A stretch of DNA of 56,270 nucleotides from Novosphingobium sp. (GCA_023266625.1 JAHFPT010000029.1:1-56270); one strand, 5' to 3'; positions 30,323 to 41,319 are shown, counted from the stretch's first letter. Numbers and translations: made by a program. The notes: generated by a model not told the origin, from the letters alone.

Positions 30323-31960
30323 TCACTTCAGGCTGAAGCCGGGCGTCGCGGCGTCCGCAGCGGCGCCTCGATTGCTCTTGCGGTTTTCACCGCTCTGCTT
30401 TGCAGGAGGGGGCGGATCGCGCAGGCTGACATCGGGGCTAGGTGCCTTGTCGCCACCAGTTGTCGGGACAGGCCGCGAAACGCCGGACTTGCTGTCGCTT
30501 TCAAGATTACCAAACACCTGCTGCAGCGTATTCGGGGCCTGATATCCGTCGGTTGGCAGCTTGATTTCGTTGGCATTAACCGGGTTGACTAGATAGGGGG
30601 TGACGACAATCACCAGCTCGGTCTCGCCGCGCTTGAAATTCGACGAGCGGAACAGCGCGCCGAGAATCGGTAGGTCGGCGACGCCAGGAGTCTTTTCGAT
30701 CGCGCTCTGCGAGCTGTTGGTCATCAGCCCGGCGATCATGAAGCTCTGGCCCGAACCTAGCTCGATCGTGGTCTCGGCCCGACGAACGGTAAGCGCAGGA
30801 ATTTGCGTACCGCCGATAACCACCGCGCCTTTACTGGAAAGTTCGGAAACCTCCGGACGCACCCGCATGGATATCCGGCCATTGGCCAGCACCGTCGGGG
30901 TGTAGGACAGGCTGACCCCAAAGCGCTTGAATTCGATTGTCGTCAATCCGTTACCCTGCGGAACCGGGATCGGGAATTCACCACCTGCCAGGAAGTCGGC
31001 GGTCTCGCCTGAGAGTGCGGTCAGGTTGGGCGACGACAATGTGGTAGCGAGGCCGACCTGTTCACCCAGATCAAGCGCGGAAAGGATATCGAGGCCAGCG
31101 AAATGGCCTGCGAGATTTAATGCAGTCTGTCCGACCCCATTGGCATTGGACGTGAATTGTGCTCCGCCAACGACGAACCTGCCGGTTGTCGGGTCGAAGG
31201 GCAGCTTTATAGTGCCTGCTGGCAGACCATATTGCGACGATGCATCAAGGAGGGGTAGACCTGTGGTGTCTACCGGACCGATCGTGCCCGGGCTGCCGCG
31301 GCTGATCCCGAACTTGAAGCCACCGGTTGTGTCGCGGGTGGTCAGGTTGGAGCCGATGATGCGGGACAGCGAGCGGCTGACTTCAGCAATGCGCACCTGC
31401 AGATTGACTTGCAGCGGGGTTGCGGTCTTCAACCGGCTGATGACATTGATGGTGCTGGCACCCGCGGCGCCGCCAGCACCGCCGCCGACAAAGGCCTGGA
31501 CCAGACGCTGTGCCTCGGCGGCATCTTCCGGCGAGGCCACGGTTCCGGTCAGCAGATAGGTATTGCTGCCCACTGATGTGACGCTGACCTTGGCGTCTGG
31601 CATGGCGAGGCCCAGCATTTGGTCGACACTCTCGATGTTCGAGCCGACCCTTATATTGGCAGACCAGATCACCTGGCCGGCAGCATTGCTGGCATAGACC
31701 GTGGTCTCGCCGCTCGTCTTGCCGAAGACATAGAGCTGGCGCTGCGATTTGATCTGCACGTCGGCAACAGCTTCGTTGGCGACGAAGACATCGGCCATTG
31801 CGCCGGGAACGCTGACCAACTGGCCGCGACCAATCGACAGGACAACGCTGTTTGCCGGACGCATCACCGATTGGGCGTGCGCCTCACCGGCAGAAGCCAG
31901 GGCCAACGGAAGACTGGCGCAGGCCGCAGCCAGCAGAGTGAGGGAAAGTCGGCGTTTCAT
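30323..31960 (-). CDS. cpaC: Secretin CpaC/RcpA
   Basis: QVNLQVRIAEV, PNLTALSGETADFLAGGEFP, PILGALFRS, ETELVIVVTPYLV. Confidence 0.95.
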   Translation of the reverse strand: MKRRLSLTLLAAACASLPLALASAGEAHAQSVMRPANSVVLSIGRGQLVSVPGAMADVFVANEAVADVQIKSQRQLYVFGKTSGETTVYASNAAGQVIWSANIRVGSNIESVDQMLGLAMPDAKVSVTSVGSNTYLLTGTVASPEDAAEAQRLVQAFVGGGAGGAAGASTINVISRLKTATPLQVNLQVRIAEVSRSLSRIIGSNLTTRDTTGGFKFGISRGSPGTIGPVDTTGLPLLDASSQYGLPAGTIKLPFDPTTGRFVVGGAQFTSNANGVGQTALNLAGHFAGLDILSALDLGEQVGLATTLSSPNLTALSGETADFLAGGEFPIPVPQGNGLTTIEFKRFGVSLSYTPTVLANGRISMRVRPEVSELSSKGAVVIGGTQIPALTVRRAETTIELGSGQSFMIAGLMTNSSQSAIEKTPGVADLPILGALFRSSNFKRGETELVIVVTPYLVNPVNANEIKLPTDGYQAPNTLQQVFGNLESDSKSGVSRPVPTTGGDKAPSPDVSLRDPPPPAKQSGENRKSNRGAAADAATPGFSLK

Positions 31961-32012
31961 GCTGTTGCCCCTGGAAATGACTTTGGCGGTGCGGTGTGGT
32001 GAGCGATCCATG

Positions 32013-33035
32013 TTACTTGGCTCCCACTTGCTCTGCGGTCGTCGTCTTGCCGCGCGTCACCCGGACAACCGGGCCGCCGCTGTATTCACCGGCGCGCGGC
32101 GAGATACCGGACGCAGAGCCACTGCGGTCCATGGCGGAACTTGCGCCTGCCGGGGGCGCGAAGGAGATAGTCCGGCGCTGGAAGCGCGAGACGTCGCCGC
32201 CGGTGACATAGGTTGTTGCACCTTCGACTGGCTGGGCCTGCACCTTGCTGAGGATGCGGTCCTCTTCTTGTTTGCTGGCGCCTTCAGGGACTTTGACCGT
32301 GCCGCTGGCGATGGCCTTTTCCAGCTCGGTCTGGTTGTCGGCGATCGAGCGCAGCGACAGGTTGAGCGTGCCGATGGTATCGGCAACGGCGATCTTCTCG
32401 CCGATGCGCGGGGTCACTTCGAGGGTGATCGTGCGGGCCGAGCGGACCACGGTCTTGCCGTTTTCGGTTTCGGTCTCGGTCGATTGGTCTGTCGCCAGTA
32501 CGCGCAGGTTGCGCAAGATCGTCTCGGCGGTTTTCAGCGGCTCGCCAGAATCAGTGCCCTTGACCGACTGGGTCAGGAGCAGATCGACCCGGTCGCCCGG
32601 GAATATGAAGCCGGCAACGCCGGTCTTCTGCGAGACTGTGATCGTGACGGCGCGCATGCCGGGGCCCAATGCCGCTGCCAGGAAGCCGCGGTCTCCGGGG
32701 GCAACCAGTGCGCCCTGAGTGACCGGCTGGCCGGCGGTGATCGGGAAGCGAACAACCGTGCCAAGCAGCTTGGTGATGTCGGCTTCGCCCTCAAGGAAAT
32801 AGGCGTCCTGCACCATCTCCTTGGGCCAGGGCTGGAACGAGATCGAGTCGGCGGTGATGATCGTGCCGACCGGCAGGGCACGTTGTGCCACCAGCGCCTT
32901 GGGGCCCTGGGCAACTGCCTGTGTGGCCTCGGCCTTTGGCGAGGAAGCACCTGCGAACAGGCTCCGTGCAGCGAGCGCCGTGCCGATCGCAATGACCAGC
33001 GCTCCCAGCAGCAACATCAGCTTCTTCTTGTCCAT
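32013..33035 (-). CDS. cpaB: Pilus assembly protein CpaB/RcpC
   Basis: SAF domain, PGMRAVTI, GVAGFIFPGDRVD, LRVLATDQ. Confidence 0.95.
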   Translation of the reverse strand: MDKKKLMLLLGALVIAIGTALAARSLFAGASSPKAEATQAVAQGPKALVAQRALPVGTIITADSISFQPWPKEMVQDAYFLEGEADITKLLGTVVRFPITAGQPVTQGALVAPGDRGFLAAALGPGMRAVTITVSQKTGVAGFIFPGDRVDLLLTQSVKGTDSGEPLKTAETILRNLRVLATDQSTETETENGKTVVRSARTITLEVTPRIGEKIAVADTIGTLNLSLRSIADNQTELEKAIASGTVKVPEGASKQEEDRILSKVQAQPVEGATTYVTGGDVSRFQRRTISFAPPAGASSAMDRSGSASGISPRAGEYSGGPVVRVTRGKTTTAEQVGAK

Positions 33036-33091
33036 GGCTAGACTAGCCCCCTCGAGAACACTCCGGTTTCACTCATGTGAAATCGGCTAAA

Positions 33092-33110
33092 ATGGTTAAG
33101 ATCGGGTTCA
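33092..33110 (-). promoter_or_regulatory. Putative CtrA box upstream of cpaB
   Basis: TGAA-CCCGATC-TTAACCAT: one mismatch from TTAA-N7-TTAA and includes the TTAACCAT motif. Confidence 0.55.
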
Positions 33111-33596
33111 TCCCGACGGCATCGCCGGCGAAAGGGCCGGCAGATATTGACTGGCGAGCGCCCACAGACCGGCGCAGGAAATGGCAATTCCATAGGGAAC
33201 GGCGATGCGGCCCTCGCGGCGGCGCACGAAATGCAAGGCAGCGACAATCAGCGTCAGCAAGCCGCCGAGCACCGACATGACCATGAGCAGCTTGACGAAC
33301 CACACCGGCTCGATCCACAGCGCCAGCGCAGTCAGCAGCTTGACGTCGCCGCCGCCCATTGCGCGCAAGGCGAAGAGGCCAGCGAGCATGATAAACATGA
33401 CCAGCGCGATCACGAGGTGGAAGCCGATATCGACCCAGGTCTGTCCGCTCGCCAGCCAGAACAGCGGCGCGGCAAGCGCGATCGCGGCGTTCAGCCAGTT
33501 GTCGATCTGGCGGCGGCGAAGGTCGGTGAACGCGGCGGTCAGCAGCGCGATTGCCAATGCGGCCAGCAACCCGTATGAAAAATAACCGCCCTGCAT
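33108..33596 (-). CDS. cpaA: Prepilin peptidase (A24) CpaA/TadV
   Basis: TDLRRRQIDNWL, MGGGDVKL, VPYGIAI. Confidence 0.94.
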   Translation of the reverse strand: MQGGYFSYGLLAALAIALLTAAFTDLRRRQIDNWLNAAIALAAPLFWLASGQTWVDIGFHLVIALVMFIMLAGLFALRAMGGGDVKLLTALALWIEPVWFVKLLMVMSVLGGLLTLIVAALHFVRRREGRIAVPYGIAISCAGLWALASQYLPALSPAMPSG

Positions 33597-33681
33597 CGAA
33601 AGCCCCCTGGCACGTAAGGGCTTGTGTAGCGGCCACTGCTTACCAAAAAGTAACCAACCCAGTCAGTTCGGAATTAGCTCT

Positions 33682-34656
33682 TTGACCGCAAGAAAGTGTA
33701 GCGCCAGTCCCCTGTTTGACCGGCGCGCCATTCCTCGCGAAGCGGTCGAAAGCCGCTGGACTGCGCCCTGCGGCCAGACGCTGCGCCGGATCGACTGGCT
33801 GTTGCCGCAAGGGGCCTGCCGCGGTTCGATCCTGTTCATGCCGGGTCGGGGCGATGCCTATGAGAAATATCTCGAAACGCTCGACTATTGGCATCGCCGG
33901 GACTGGCAGGTGACTGCCTCCGATTGGCGCGGACAGGCCGGATCGGGCCGCCTCGGCAATGATGCGGTCACCGGCCATGCCGACGACTTCGCGATCTGGG
34001 TGGACGATCTTGCGGCGCTCTGGGAGCAATGGCGCAAGACGACTCCTGGGCCGCATATCCTCGTCGGCCATTCTATGGGCGGCCATCTTGTCCTGCGCGC
34101 GCTGGCCGAAGCGCGGGTCGATCCCGATGCTGCGGTGCTGATTGCCCCAATGGTGGATTTTATCCGTCACGGCGTTCCCGCGGCCCTGATGCATGCTGCC
34201 GCGCGGTTGATGGCGGCGATTGGCGACGCGCGGCGACCGGCGTGGAAGTGGGGCGAAAAGCCGGGTGCCTTGCCTGCCGACCGGATCAATCTGCTGACCC
34301 ATGACGCGCTGCGCTATGCAGACGAAGTCTGGTGGCGCGATGCGCGGCCTGAAATCGCGATGGGACCGGGCAGTTGGGGCTGGGTTGCCGCTGCCTATGC
34401 CTCGACGCGCGGGCTTGCCCGGCCAGGGGTGCTTGAGCAGGTGAAATGTCCGGTGCTGCTGCTATCGACGAATCGCGACCGGCTGGTCAGTTCGCGCGCC
34501 ATCGAGCGGGCTGCGCTGCGGCTGCCGCGCGGCGAACTCGTCGGCTTCGGCGCAGAGGCGCGCCATGAGATATTGCGTGAGGCCGACCCGGTGCGCGACC
34601 GCGCGCTGGCGGCGATCGATGAATTTCTCGACCGCACGGCTCCGCTGCGCGATTGA
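33682..34656 (+). CDS. Alpha/beta hydrolase, lysophospholipase-like
   Basis: PGRGD..EKY, DWRGQAGS, GHSMGG, ARHEIL. Start uncertain; TTG 33682 chosen. Confidence 0.9.
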   Translation: MTARKCSASPLFDRRAIPREAVESRWTAPCGQTLRRIDWLLPQGACRGSILFMPGRGDAYEKYLETLDYWHRRDWQVTASDWRGQAGSGRLGNDAVTGHADDFAIWVDDLAALWEQWRKTTPGPHILVGHSMGGHLVLRALAEARVDPDAAVLIAPMVDFIRHGVPAALMHAAARLMAAIGDARRPAWKWGEKPGALPADRINLLTHDALRYADEVWWRDARPEIAMGPGSWGWVAAAYASTRGLARPGVLEQVKCPVLLLSTNRDRLVSSRAIERAALRLPRGELVGFGAEARHEILREADPVRDRALAAIDEFLDRTAPLRD

Positions 34657-34662
34657 CCTGGC

Positions 34663-35760
34663 ATGGCCGAGCGTTTTGACATCGTCGTCGTCGGGGCGGG
34701 CATGGCCGGGGCATCGCTCGCTGCCGAACTGGGAGGAGCCTCTGGTAGCGGGGCGCGCTTGCTGCTGCTCGAGGCGGAACAGCAACCCGGCTATCATGCC
34801 ACCGGGCGCTCTGCCGCCTTCTGGACCGAGAGCTATGGCGGACCGGGAGTCCAGCCGCTGACCACGGCTTCCGGACCGTTTCTGCGAGACAATGGCTTCC
34901 TGTCGCCGCGCGGGGCACTGACGCTGGCGTGCGAAGGGCAGGAAGCACGGGTGGAGGACTTCGCCCGCAGTTTTGCCGCACGGGGAGTGCGGGTCGAACT
35001 CTTCGCGCAGGCGGAAATCGCCGGGCTGCTGCCCGGGCTGCGCGCTGGCTGGACGCTTGGGGCCTTCGAGCCCGATTGCTGCGACATCGATGTTGCCGGA
35101 CTGCACGGGTTTTATCTGGCGCAAGCGAAGCAGGCGGGGGCGCAATTGTGGTGCGCGGCGCGGCTTGAGCACTCCAGTCCCGAACCCGGTGGCTGGCGGC
35201 TGGCATTGGCGGACGGTCGTGAAGTGCGCTGCGCGGTGCTGGTTAATGCTGCGGGTGCCTGGGCCGATGAAGTCGCGCTGATCGCCGGGGTCAGTCCGCT
35301 CGGCATCGCCCCACTGCGGCGCACGATGGTCCAATTGCGCATTGCGCCCGAAGCCCCCGCCAGCTTGCCACTGGTGCTCGACATCGCCGAAAGCTTCTAC
35401 TTCAAACCCGAAGCGGGCAGGCTGTGGCTCAGCCCGCATGACGAATCCCCCAGCCCGCCATGCGATGCCGCGCCCGAGGAGATTGACATTGCCACGGCGA
35501 TTGCACGGCTGGAGTCTGTCGTTGACTGGCAGGTCGAGCGGGTCGAACACAAATGGGCGGGCCTCAGGAGTTTTGCCCCCGACCGGCTGCCGGTATTCGG
35601 CTTTGATAGCTCGTTGCCGGAGTTTTTCTGGTTCGCGGGACAGGGCGGCTTCGGCATCCAGACCGCGCCGGCGGCGGCACGGCTGGCGGTGCGTTTGCTG
35701 ATGGGTGAGGTCGGGGGCGAGGTCGATCCGGTGCCCTATTCGCCTGTCCGTTTCGTTTAA
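34663..35760 (+). CDS. FAD-dependent oxidoreductase (DAO family)
   Basis: [34 protein letters not shown]. Confidence 0.92.
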   Translation: MAERFDIVVVGAGMAGASLAAELGGASGSGARLLLLEAEQQPGYHATGRSAAFWTESYGGPGVQPLTTASGPFLRDNGFLSPRGALTLACEGQEARVEDFARSFAARGVRVELFAQAEIAGLLPGLRAGWTLGAFEPDCCDIDVAGLHGFYLAQAKQAGAQLWCAARLEHSSPEPGGWRLALADGREVRCAVLVNAAGAWADEVALIAGVSPLGIAPLRRTMVQLRIAPEAPASLPLVLDIAESFYFKPEAGRLWLSPHDESPSPPCDAAPEEIDIATAIARLESVVDWQVERVEHKWAGLRSFAPDRLPVFGFDSSLPEFFWFAGQGGFGIQTAPAAARLAVRLLMGEVGGEVDPVPYSPVRFV

Positions 35761-36194
35761 CCAGCCAGGCTCAGCGCGGCGTTGCTGGCCAGCTGGTCGG
35801 CGCGCTCGTTCTCGGGGTGGCCGTCGTGGCCCTTCACCCACTGCCATTCGATGCGGTGGTGCAGCGCTGCTTCGATCAGATCGTGCCACAAATCCTGGTT
35901 TCGCACCGGCTGCTTGCTGGCATTGACCCAGCCTTTGCGCTTCCAGCCCTCGACCCATTTGGTCATGCCGTCGATGACGTAGCGGCTGTCGGTGTGGACG
36001 GTCACTGTGCAGGGTTCGGTCAGGGCACCCAGCGCGCGGATGATGGCGGTCATTTCCATGCGGTTGTTGGTGGTATCGGGCTCGCCGCCGCTGAGCTCCT
36101 TCTCGTGACCACCCATGCGCAGGATTGCGCCCCAGCCGCCCGGGCCGGGATTGCCCTTGCAGGCACCATCGGTGAAGATATCTATTTTTTTCAA
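35757..36194 (-). CDS. rnhA: Ribonuclease HI
   Basis: [39 protein letters not shown] 36194 (TTGA overlap with thrB) or ATG 36218. Confidence 0.97.
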   Translation of the reverse strand: MKKIDIFTDGACKGNPGPGGWGAILRMGGHEKELSGGEPDTTNNRMEMTAIIRALGALTEPCTVTVHTDSRYVIDGMTKWVEGWKRKGWVNASKQPVRNQDLWHDLIEAALHHRIEWQWVKGHDGHPENERADQLASNAALSLAG

Positions 36195-37210
36195 TTTCTT
36201 ATCGGGACTGGTGGGCATGGATCGAACAAGTCCACATTGATGGGATCGGCGTAGAATTCCAGCCTGCGGGCAAAGGCCATCGGATCCTTGCGCGTAACCA
36301 TGGCATCACCGGGCGTATTCATCCAATCATAGGCGCGCGTCATCAGAAAGCGCATTGCCGCACCGCGTGCCAAAATGGGAAGCTCCGCGCGCTCTTCGTC
36401 GGAGAGCGGGCGCATAGTCTCATAACCCGTAAGCAGCGCGTCCGACACGGCCCGGTCAAACGTCCGTCCATCGGCGCTAAAGCACCAGGCGGCGTGGGTC
36501 ACCGCAACATCGTAGGCGGTGATATCGTTGCAGGCGAAATAGAAGTCGATCAGGCCGGTTACCGCGTCGTCCAGCATCAGCACATTATCGGGAAACAGAT
36601 CGGCATGGATCACCGAGCGCGGCAGATCCTGCGGCCAATGCCGGGCCAGCGCGGCAAGTTCGCGTGTCACCAGCGCCGCCAGCTCCGGGTGGATCGCATT
36701 GAGCCCGTCCCGCCCGCAGGCTTTGGCCAGCGCCTGCCACTCCACCAGGCCAAGACTATTGGCGCGCTTTCCGGCAAAGTCCCCCGCAGCCAGATGGACC
36801 CGCGCCAGCGCTTCGCCCACCGCACGGACCTGGGCCGGACTCGGTGTGCTGACCGAAACTCCGGGCAGAAATTCGATCAGCGCCAGCGCCTTGCCTTCGT
36901 GGAAACGAAATGCGTGGTTATCGCGGTCGTGGATGGTGCGTGGAACCGGGCAGCCGCGCGCGGCAAGATGGTCGAGCAGGCCAAGGAAAAAGGGCAGCTC
37001 GGCGGCATCCATGCGCTGTTCGTACATCGTCAGAATGAAGCGTGTGCCGCCTGCCTTCTTGCCAGCGCCACCGCGCCCGGCCGTCTCGATCAGCCAGTTG
37101 CTGTTGGACACACCCTCGGCGATGCCTTTGGCTGAAGTCAACTGGCCGACATCGAAGGCAGCGATGATCTCCGCCAGCGCCTCGGCCCCGAGCTGGGTAT
37201 AGACCGCCAT
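36191..37210 (-). CDS. thrB: Homoserine kinase type II
   Basis: [32 protein letters not shown]; ispH-thrB-rnhA context. Confidence 0.96.
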   Translation of the reverse strand: MAVYTQLGAEALAEIIAAFDVGQLTSAKGIAEGVSNSNWLIETAGRGGAGKKAGGTRFILTMYEQRMDAAELPFFLGLLDHLAARGCPVPRTIHDRDNHAFRFHEGKALALIEFLPGVSVSTPSPAQVRAVGEALARVHLAAGDFAGKRANSLGLVEWQALAKACGRDGLNAIHPELAALVTRELAALARHWPQDLPRSVIHADLFPDNVLMLDDAVTGLIDFYFACNDITAYDVAVTHAAWCFSADGRTFDRAVSDALLTGYETMRPLSDEERAELPILARGAAMRFLMTRAYDWMNTPGDAMVTRKDPMAFARRLEFYADPINVDLFDPCPPVPIRN

Positions 37211-37224
37211 CGCCCGGGCAGCCC

Positions 37225-38199
37225 CTACCCGGCCAGCTGAGCTGGCAGTTTGAAGGTCATGCGCTCCTCGGCAGTGGTGACCACCTCTTCTTCGACATCG
37301 CGCATCTGGCCGAGCCAGTCCGCCACTTCGCGGACCAGTGATTCTGGCGCGGAGGCACCTGCGGTCAGCCCCAGCACAGAAACGCCCTCCAGCCATGCGG
37401 GATCGATCTCGGCGGCCCGCTCGATCAGCCGCGCGGCTGCGCCGCAGCGTTCGGCGACTTCGACCAGCCGCCGCGAATTGGAGCTGTTGGGCGCGCCAAT
37501 CACCAGCACCAGCTGGCATTGCGGGGCGATCGCCTTGACCGCCGCCTGGCGGTTGGAGGTGGCATAGCAGATGTCGTCCGCGCGCGGCCCGGCGATGTCC
37601 GGAAAGCGTCGTTGCAACTCGGCGACAAGGTCTGCGGTATCATCGACCGAGAGGGTGGTCTGGGTAAGGAAGGCCAGCGGGAACTCTGCGGGGAAGGACA
37701 GGGCGGCGGCATCTTCAAGGGTTTCGACCAGAGTCATCGATCCTTCGGGCACTTGTCCCAGCGTGCCGATAACCTCGGGGTGGCCGCGATGGCCAATGAA
37801 CAATATGTGGCGCCCGGCGGCGATCTGCCGTTCTGCCTGGCGATGGACCTTGCTGACCAGGGGACAGGTGGCGTCGAGCCAGTCGAGCCCGCGCGCGCTG
37901 GCTGCTTCCGGGATGACCTTGGGCACGCCATGCGCGGAAAAGATCACCGGCGCGCCGTCGGGCACTTCGTCGAGCTCTTCGACGAAAATCGCGCCCTTAG
38001 CCTTCAGCCCATCGACGACATGACGGTTGTGAACGATTTCATGGCGGACATAAACTGGTGCGCCGTAGCGCTCTATCGACAGCTCGACGATGGCGATGGC
38101 GCGCTCCACACCGGCGCAGAAGCCGCGCGGCGCGGCGACCAGCAGCTTGAGCGGTGGGTTGCTGGACGACGGCCTGTGCTGGGGAAAGGGTGCATTCAT
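37225..38199 (-). CDS. ispH: HMBPP reductase
   Basis: [35 protein letters not shown]. Confidence 0.98.
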   Translation of the reverse strand: MNAPFPQHRPSSSNPPLKLLVAAPRGFCAGVERAIAIVELSIERYGAPVYVRHEIVHNRHVVDGLKAKGAIFVEELDEVPDGAPVIFSAHGVPKVIPEAASARGLDWLDATCPLVSKVHRQAERQIAAGRHILFIGHRGHPEVIGTLGQVPEGSMTLVETLEDAAALSFPAEFPLAFLTQTTLSVDDTADLVAELQRRFPDIAGPRADDICYATSNRQAAVKAIAPQCQLVLVIGAPNSSNSRRLVEVAERCGAAARLIERAAEIDPAWLEGVSVLGLTAGASAPESLVREVADWLGQMRDVEEEVVTTAEERMTFKLPAQLAG

Positions 38200-38266
38200 G
38201 ATTGGCCCTCTAGCGCTTTGCAGCCCGCGCCGCTAGGGCATCTGCCAGTGGAATAGGAATGCCAGA

Positions 38267-38929
38267 ATGAATCGCCGCACTCAGCTTGTCACCGTCGCCA
38301 TGATCGCCGCCTCCCTTGCCGGATGCCGGTCGAAGGGAGAGCTTGTGGTCGATGAAGGTGTTGGCGTTACTGCCGTCCGGAGCGCCTGTCCGGCGGCCGG
38401 CATTCCCGACTATACTGGCGATGTTACCGTGTTCCGGCAGGGCGGCGGTACCACTGCGCAGGATATTGATATTGTCGCGGCGATGACCAATCTGCGCACC
38501 CAGTGCGACGATGGCATTCGCAACGCTTCCGGCAAGGTCTATGCCACCAGCAGCTTCGACGTGCTCGCCCGCCGCAGCGATGCGCGCGGCGCGCGTCAGG
38601 TGACGCTGCCCTATTTCGTCACCGTGCTGCGCGGCGGATCGGCGGTCGTGTCCAAGCGAATCGGTCAGGTGACGCTGAACTTCGCCGATGGCCAGGAACG
38701 CGCCCAGGCGAAGGGGCAGGGCTCGACCACGATCGACCGCGCCGAGGCAACCCTGTCCGAAGAAATCCGCGCCCGCATTATCCGCAAACGCCGGGCGGGC
38801 GACGAGGACGCTGCGGTCGACCCGCTGACCGAGCCCGAAGTCAAAGCTGCCGTTGCCAGGGCAACCTTCGAGCTGCTGCTCGGCTTCCAGCTCGACGACG
38901 GCCAGCTGGCTTATAATGTGCGGCGCTAG
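38267..38929 (+). CDS. Hypothetical lipoprotein
   Basis: Lipobox LAGC after a basic/hydrophobic leader; strong codon bias. Confidence 0.82.
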   Translation: MNRRTQLVTVAMIAASLAGCRSKGELVVDEGVGVTAVRSACPAAGIPDYTGDVTVFRQGGGTTAQDIDIVAAMTNLRTQCDDGIRNASGKVYATSSFDVLARRSDARGARQVTLPYFVTVLRGGSAVVSKRIGQVTLNFADGQERAQAKGQGSTTIDRAEATLSEEIRARIIRKRRAGDEDAAVDPLTEPEVKAAVARATFELLLGFQLDDGQLAYNVRR

Positions 38930-39696
38930 CGCTGCTTCTCAATCAGGGCACCCAAAATAGCCTCGCGCGCCGCAAGGGCGATGGTTTTGCGGCTGGCCAG
39001 TGCTTCGCCCGAGAGTGGCGGAAGGAAGCGGACAGTCAGCATGACTGGCCTGCTGCGGGCCAGGATGCGTTTGAAATTGGCGAGGCCAGGTTCCGTGCCG
39101 ACCCAGGCAATGGCCATTGCCTCAGGCCCGTAGTCCAGCAGCACCGGCTGCACCGCGACGTCACCTGGCAGCGGATCGAGCGCCGAGAGCAGTGCGCTCT
39201 TGAACGGCAGCAGGCCAGTACCATCGCTGGTCGTGCCTTCGGGGAAGATCGCCAGCGCGCCGGTGCCCTGGATTGCGTCGCGGACCTGTTCGACCTGGCG
39301 GCGAACGCTAGCGCGGTCGTGGCGGGCGACGAAAACCGTGCCGTTCATCGCGCAGAGCCAGCGCAGCAGCGGCATCGATGCCAGCCCGTCGTGGCCAACA
39401 AAGGCTGCGCCCGAGGCGGCGGAGACGGCGGGTACGTCGATCCAGCTGACATGGTTGACCAGCAGGAACTCGCCGCCGCTGACTCGCTGGCCGGTAACCC
39501 GGAGCGAAACTCCGGCAATCCGGGCGATGCCCGCGAGGAAGCGGCGCGGCCAGGGATTGCCGATGCCGATGATACGGCAGAGATAGTAGAGCGGGACGCA
39601 TAGCAGCAGCAGCGTTATCATCGCCGCCACTCGGACCACAATGCGCAGCCAGCCAAGCGGCGAAATCGCCTCAGCCGGAGCAGCAGTCTGTTCCAT
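38926..39696 (-). CDS. Lysophospholipid acyltransferase (PlsC family)
   Basis: NHVSWID, FPEGTTS, PFK. TGATG overlap with fur. Confidence 0.92.
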   Translation of the reverse strand: MEQTAAPAEAISPLGWLRIVVRVAAMITLLLLCVPLYYLCRIIGIGNPWPRRFLAGIARIAGVSLRVTGQRVSGGEFLLVNHVSWIDVPAVSAASGAAFVGHDGLASMPLLRWLCAMNGTVFVARHDRASVRRQVEQVRDAIQGTGALAIFPEGTTSDGTGLLPFKSALLSALDPLPGDVAVQPVLLDYGPEAMAIAWVGTEPGLANFKRILARSRPVMLTVRFLPPLSGEALASRKTIALAAREAILGALIEKQR

Positions 39697-40133
39697 CACT
39701 CCTCGCGTGGGGCGGGGTTGCGGTCCAGCTTGACGCCGTAGAGCTCCATGCGGTGATCGACCAGGCGGAAACCGAGCCGCTCGGAGACCTGGCGTTGCAG
39801 CGCCTCCAGCTCGGGATCGACGAATTCGATTACCTTGCCGCTCTCGACATCGATCATGTGATCGTGATGCGCCTCAGGCGCCGCCTCGTAGCGCGAGCGG
39901 CCATCGCCGAAATCGTGGCGGTCGAGGATGCCTGCCTCTTCGAACAGGCGGACCGTGCGATAGACGGTGGCGATGGAAATGCCCGCATCGATAGCGACAG
40001 CGCGTTGGTGCAGCTTCTCGACATCGGGATGATCGGAGCTGTCAGACAGCACACGCGCGATGACGCGGCGCTGTTCAGTGATGCGCAGACCGCGTTCGGC
40101 GCATAGCGCCTCAATGTCGATTGGTTGGTGCAC
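39696..40133 (-). CDS. fur: Fur-family regulator (Fur/Mur)
   Basis: GLRITEQR, HPDVE, ISIATVYRT, HHDH. GTG 40133. Confidence 0.93.
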   Translation of the reverse strand: MHQPIDIEALCAERGLRITEQRRVIARVLSDSSDHPDVEKLHQRAVAIDAGISIATVYRTVRLFEEAGILDRHDFGDGRSRYEAAPEAHHDHMIDVESGKVIEFVDPELEALQRQVSERLGFRLVDHRMELYGVKLDRNPAPREE

Positions 40134-40149
40134 GTGTGTTCCGGCAATG

Positions 40150-40179
40150 AAAACCCCGCCGGATATTAGTCCGGCGGGG
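40150..40179 (-). terminator. Intrinsic terminator after mucR
   Basis: 10-bp stem CCCCGCCGGA / TCCGGCGGGG plus TTTT. Confidence 0.7.
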
Positions 40180-40209
40180 CAAATATACAACCTGCGATGG
40201 CTGGCTGCT

Positions 40210-40659
40210 TCAGGCCTTGACTTTGGCCTTGGCCGGACGGCCCCGCTTGACGCCAGGCTTGCGGCCGAGGCCGATCTTCTTGGCGAGCTCGCGGCGCTTC
40301 TCGGCATAGTTGGGCGCAACCATCGGATAGTCGGAAGCGAGGCCCCAGCGCTGGCGATACTGGTCGGGGGTCATATTGTAACGGGTCATCAAGTGACGCT
40401 TGAGCATCTTCAGCTTCTTGCCGTCTTCAAGACAGACAATGTAATCGGGCTTGATCGAAGTGCGGATCGAAACTGCGGGTTCCGGCAGCTTTTCCGGCGC
40501 GGCTGAAGCCTTGCCAAGGCCTGCCAGCGCGCCATAGATATTGGTAATCAGTGCCGGCACGTCTTCGACCGTAACACTGTTGTTACTTACATGGGCGGCA
40601 ACAATATCGGAAGTCAGGGTGATCAGTGTCTCGTTCATGTCGTTGTCTGTATTGTCCAT
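40210..40659 (-). CDS. mucR: MucR/Ros family zinc-finger regulator
   Basis: LTSDIVAAHVSNN, IVCLEDGKKLKMLKRHL, YPMVAPNY. Confidence 0.96.
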   Translation of the reverse strand: MDNTDNDMNETLITLTSDIVAAHVSNNSVTVEDVPALITNIYGALAGLGKASAAPEKLPEPAVSIRTSIKPDYIVCLEDGKKLKMLKRHLMTRYNMTPDQYRQRWGLASDYPMVAPNYAEKRRELAKKIGLGRKPGVKRGRPAKAKVKA

Positions 40660-40827
40660 TATCTGTTCCTTATTATCCATGCGACCTGGAATTATGTTCT
40701 GCGGTAATGCGGGAATCGGGCCGCAAACGCACCTGATATTGAACCAAACCAGCGATGGCGGCAAGGTCGAATTTCGGTGCTATTGATAGACAAGTAAGCT
40801 GTTTTTCGGCTTGGTTTCGTAGTACCC

Positions 40828-41319
40828 CTAGATTTTCCTGCAATTTGCAATTGTCTGACAGTCACAGGCAAAGGTGATCGCATCGAAGCACGCGCCTCCG
40901 GGTACACGGTAATAGCCTGCCCGCCGCCCCACCGGAGTAAATCCGAAGTTGCGATAGAGGTGCTCTGCCGGATTTTCTTGCCGCATCTCGAGCAGCAGCC
41001 GCTGTGCGCCGCGTGCCTTGGCACTTGCCGCAAGGCGGGCGAGCAGGGTCTGTCCCAGTCCCCGGCGGCGGTGACCGGGAGCGACGGCGAACAGCAGCAG
41101 CTCTTCCTCTTCATAGCCATGGCGCGACAGGCAGAAACCGGCTGCTTCTGCGCCAGTCTCGGGCACCTCGCCATTGCTGGCGATCAGCAGATAGTGGCAA
41201 TTGCCGACCAGCAGTGCGTCTTCCAGCTGGCGGCGGTTCCAGGCCTCTCCGAAGGCTGGATCGAAGGCGGCAGCCATCACCGCCATAATCCGGTCGAGAT
41301 CGTCGCCCGGTGCGGTCAT
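40828..41319 (-). CDS. rimI: RimI-like GNAT acetyltransferase
   Basis: ELLLFAVAP..RRRGLG, LEMR..N, GRRAGYY; follows tsaB. Confidence 0.88.
   Translation of the reverse strand: MTAPGDDLDRIMAVMAAAFDPAFGEAWNRRQLEDALLVGNCHYLLIASNGEVPETGAEAAGFCLSRHGYEEEELLLFAVAPGHRRRGLGQTLLARLAASAKARGAQRLLLEMRQENPAEHLYRNFGFTPVGRRAGYYRVPGGACFDAITFACDCQTIANCRKI

Noticed and set aside
33639-33656. TTAC-CAAAAA-GTAA upstream of cpaA as a CtrA box
   Set aside because: Wrong spacing and mismatches in both half-sites.
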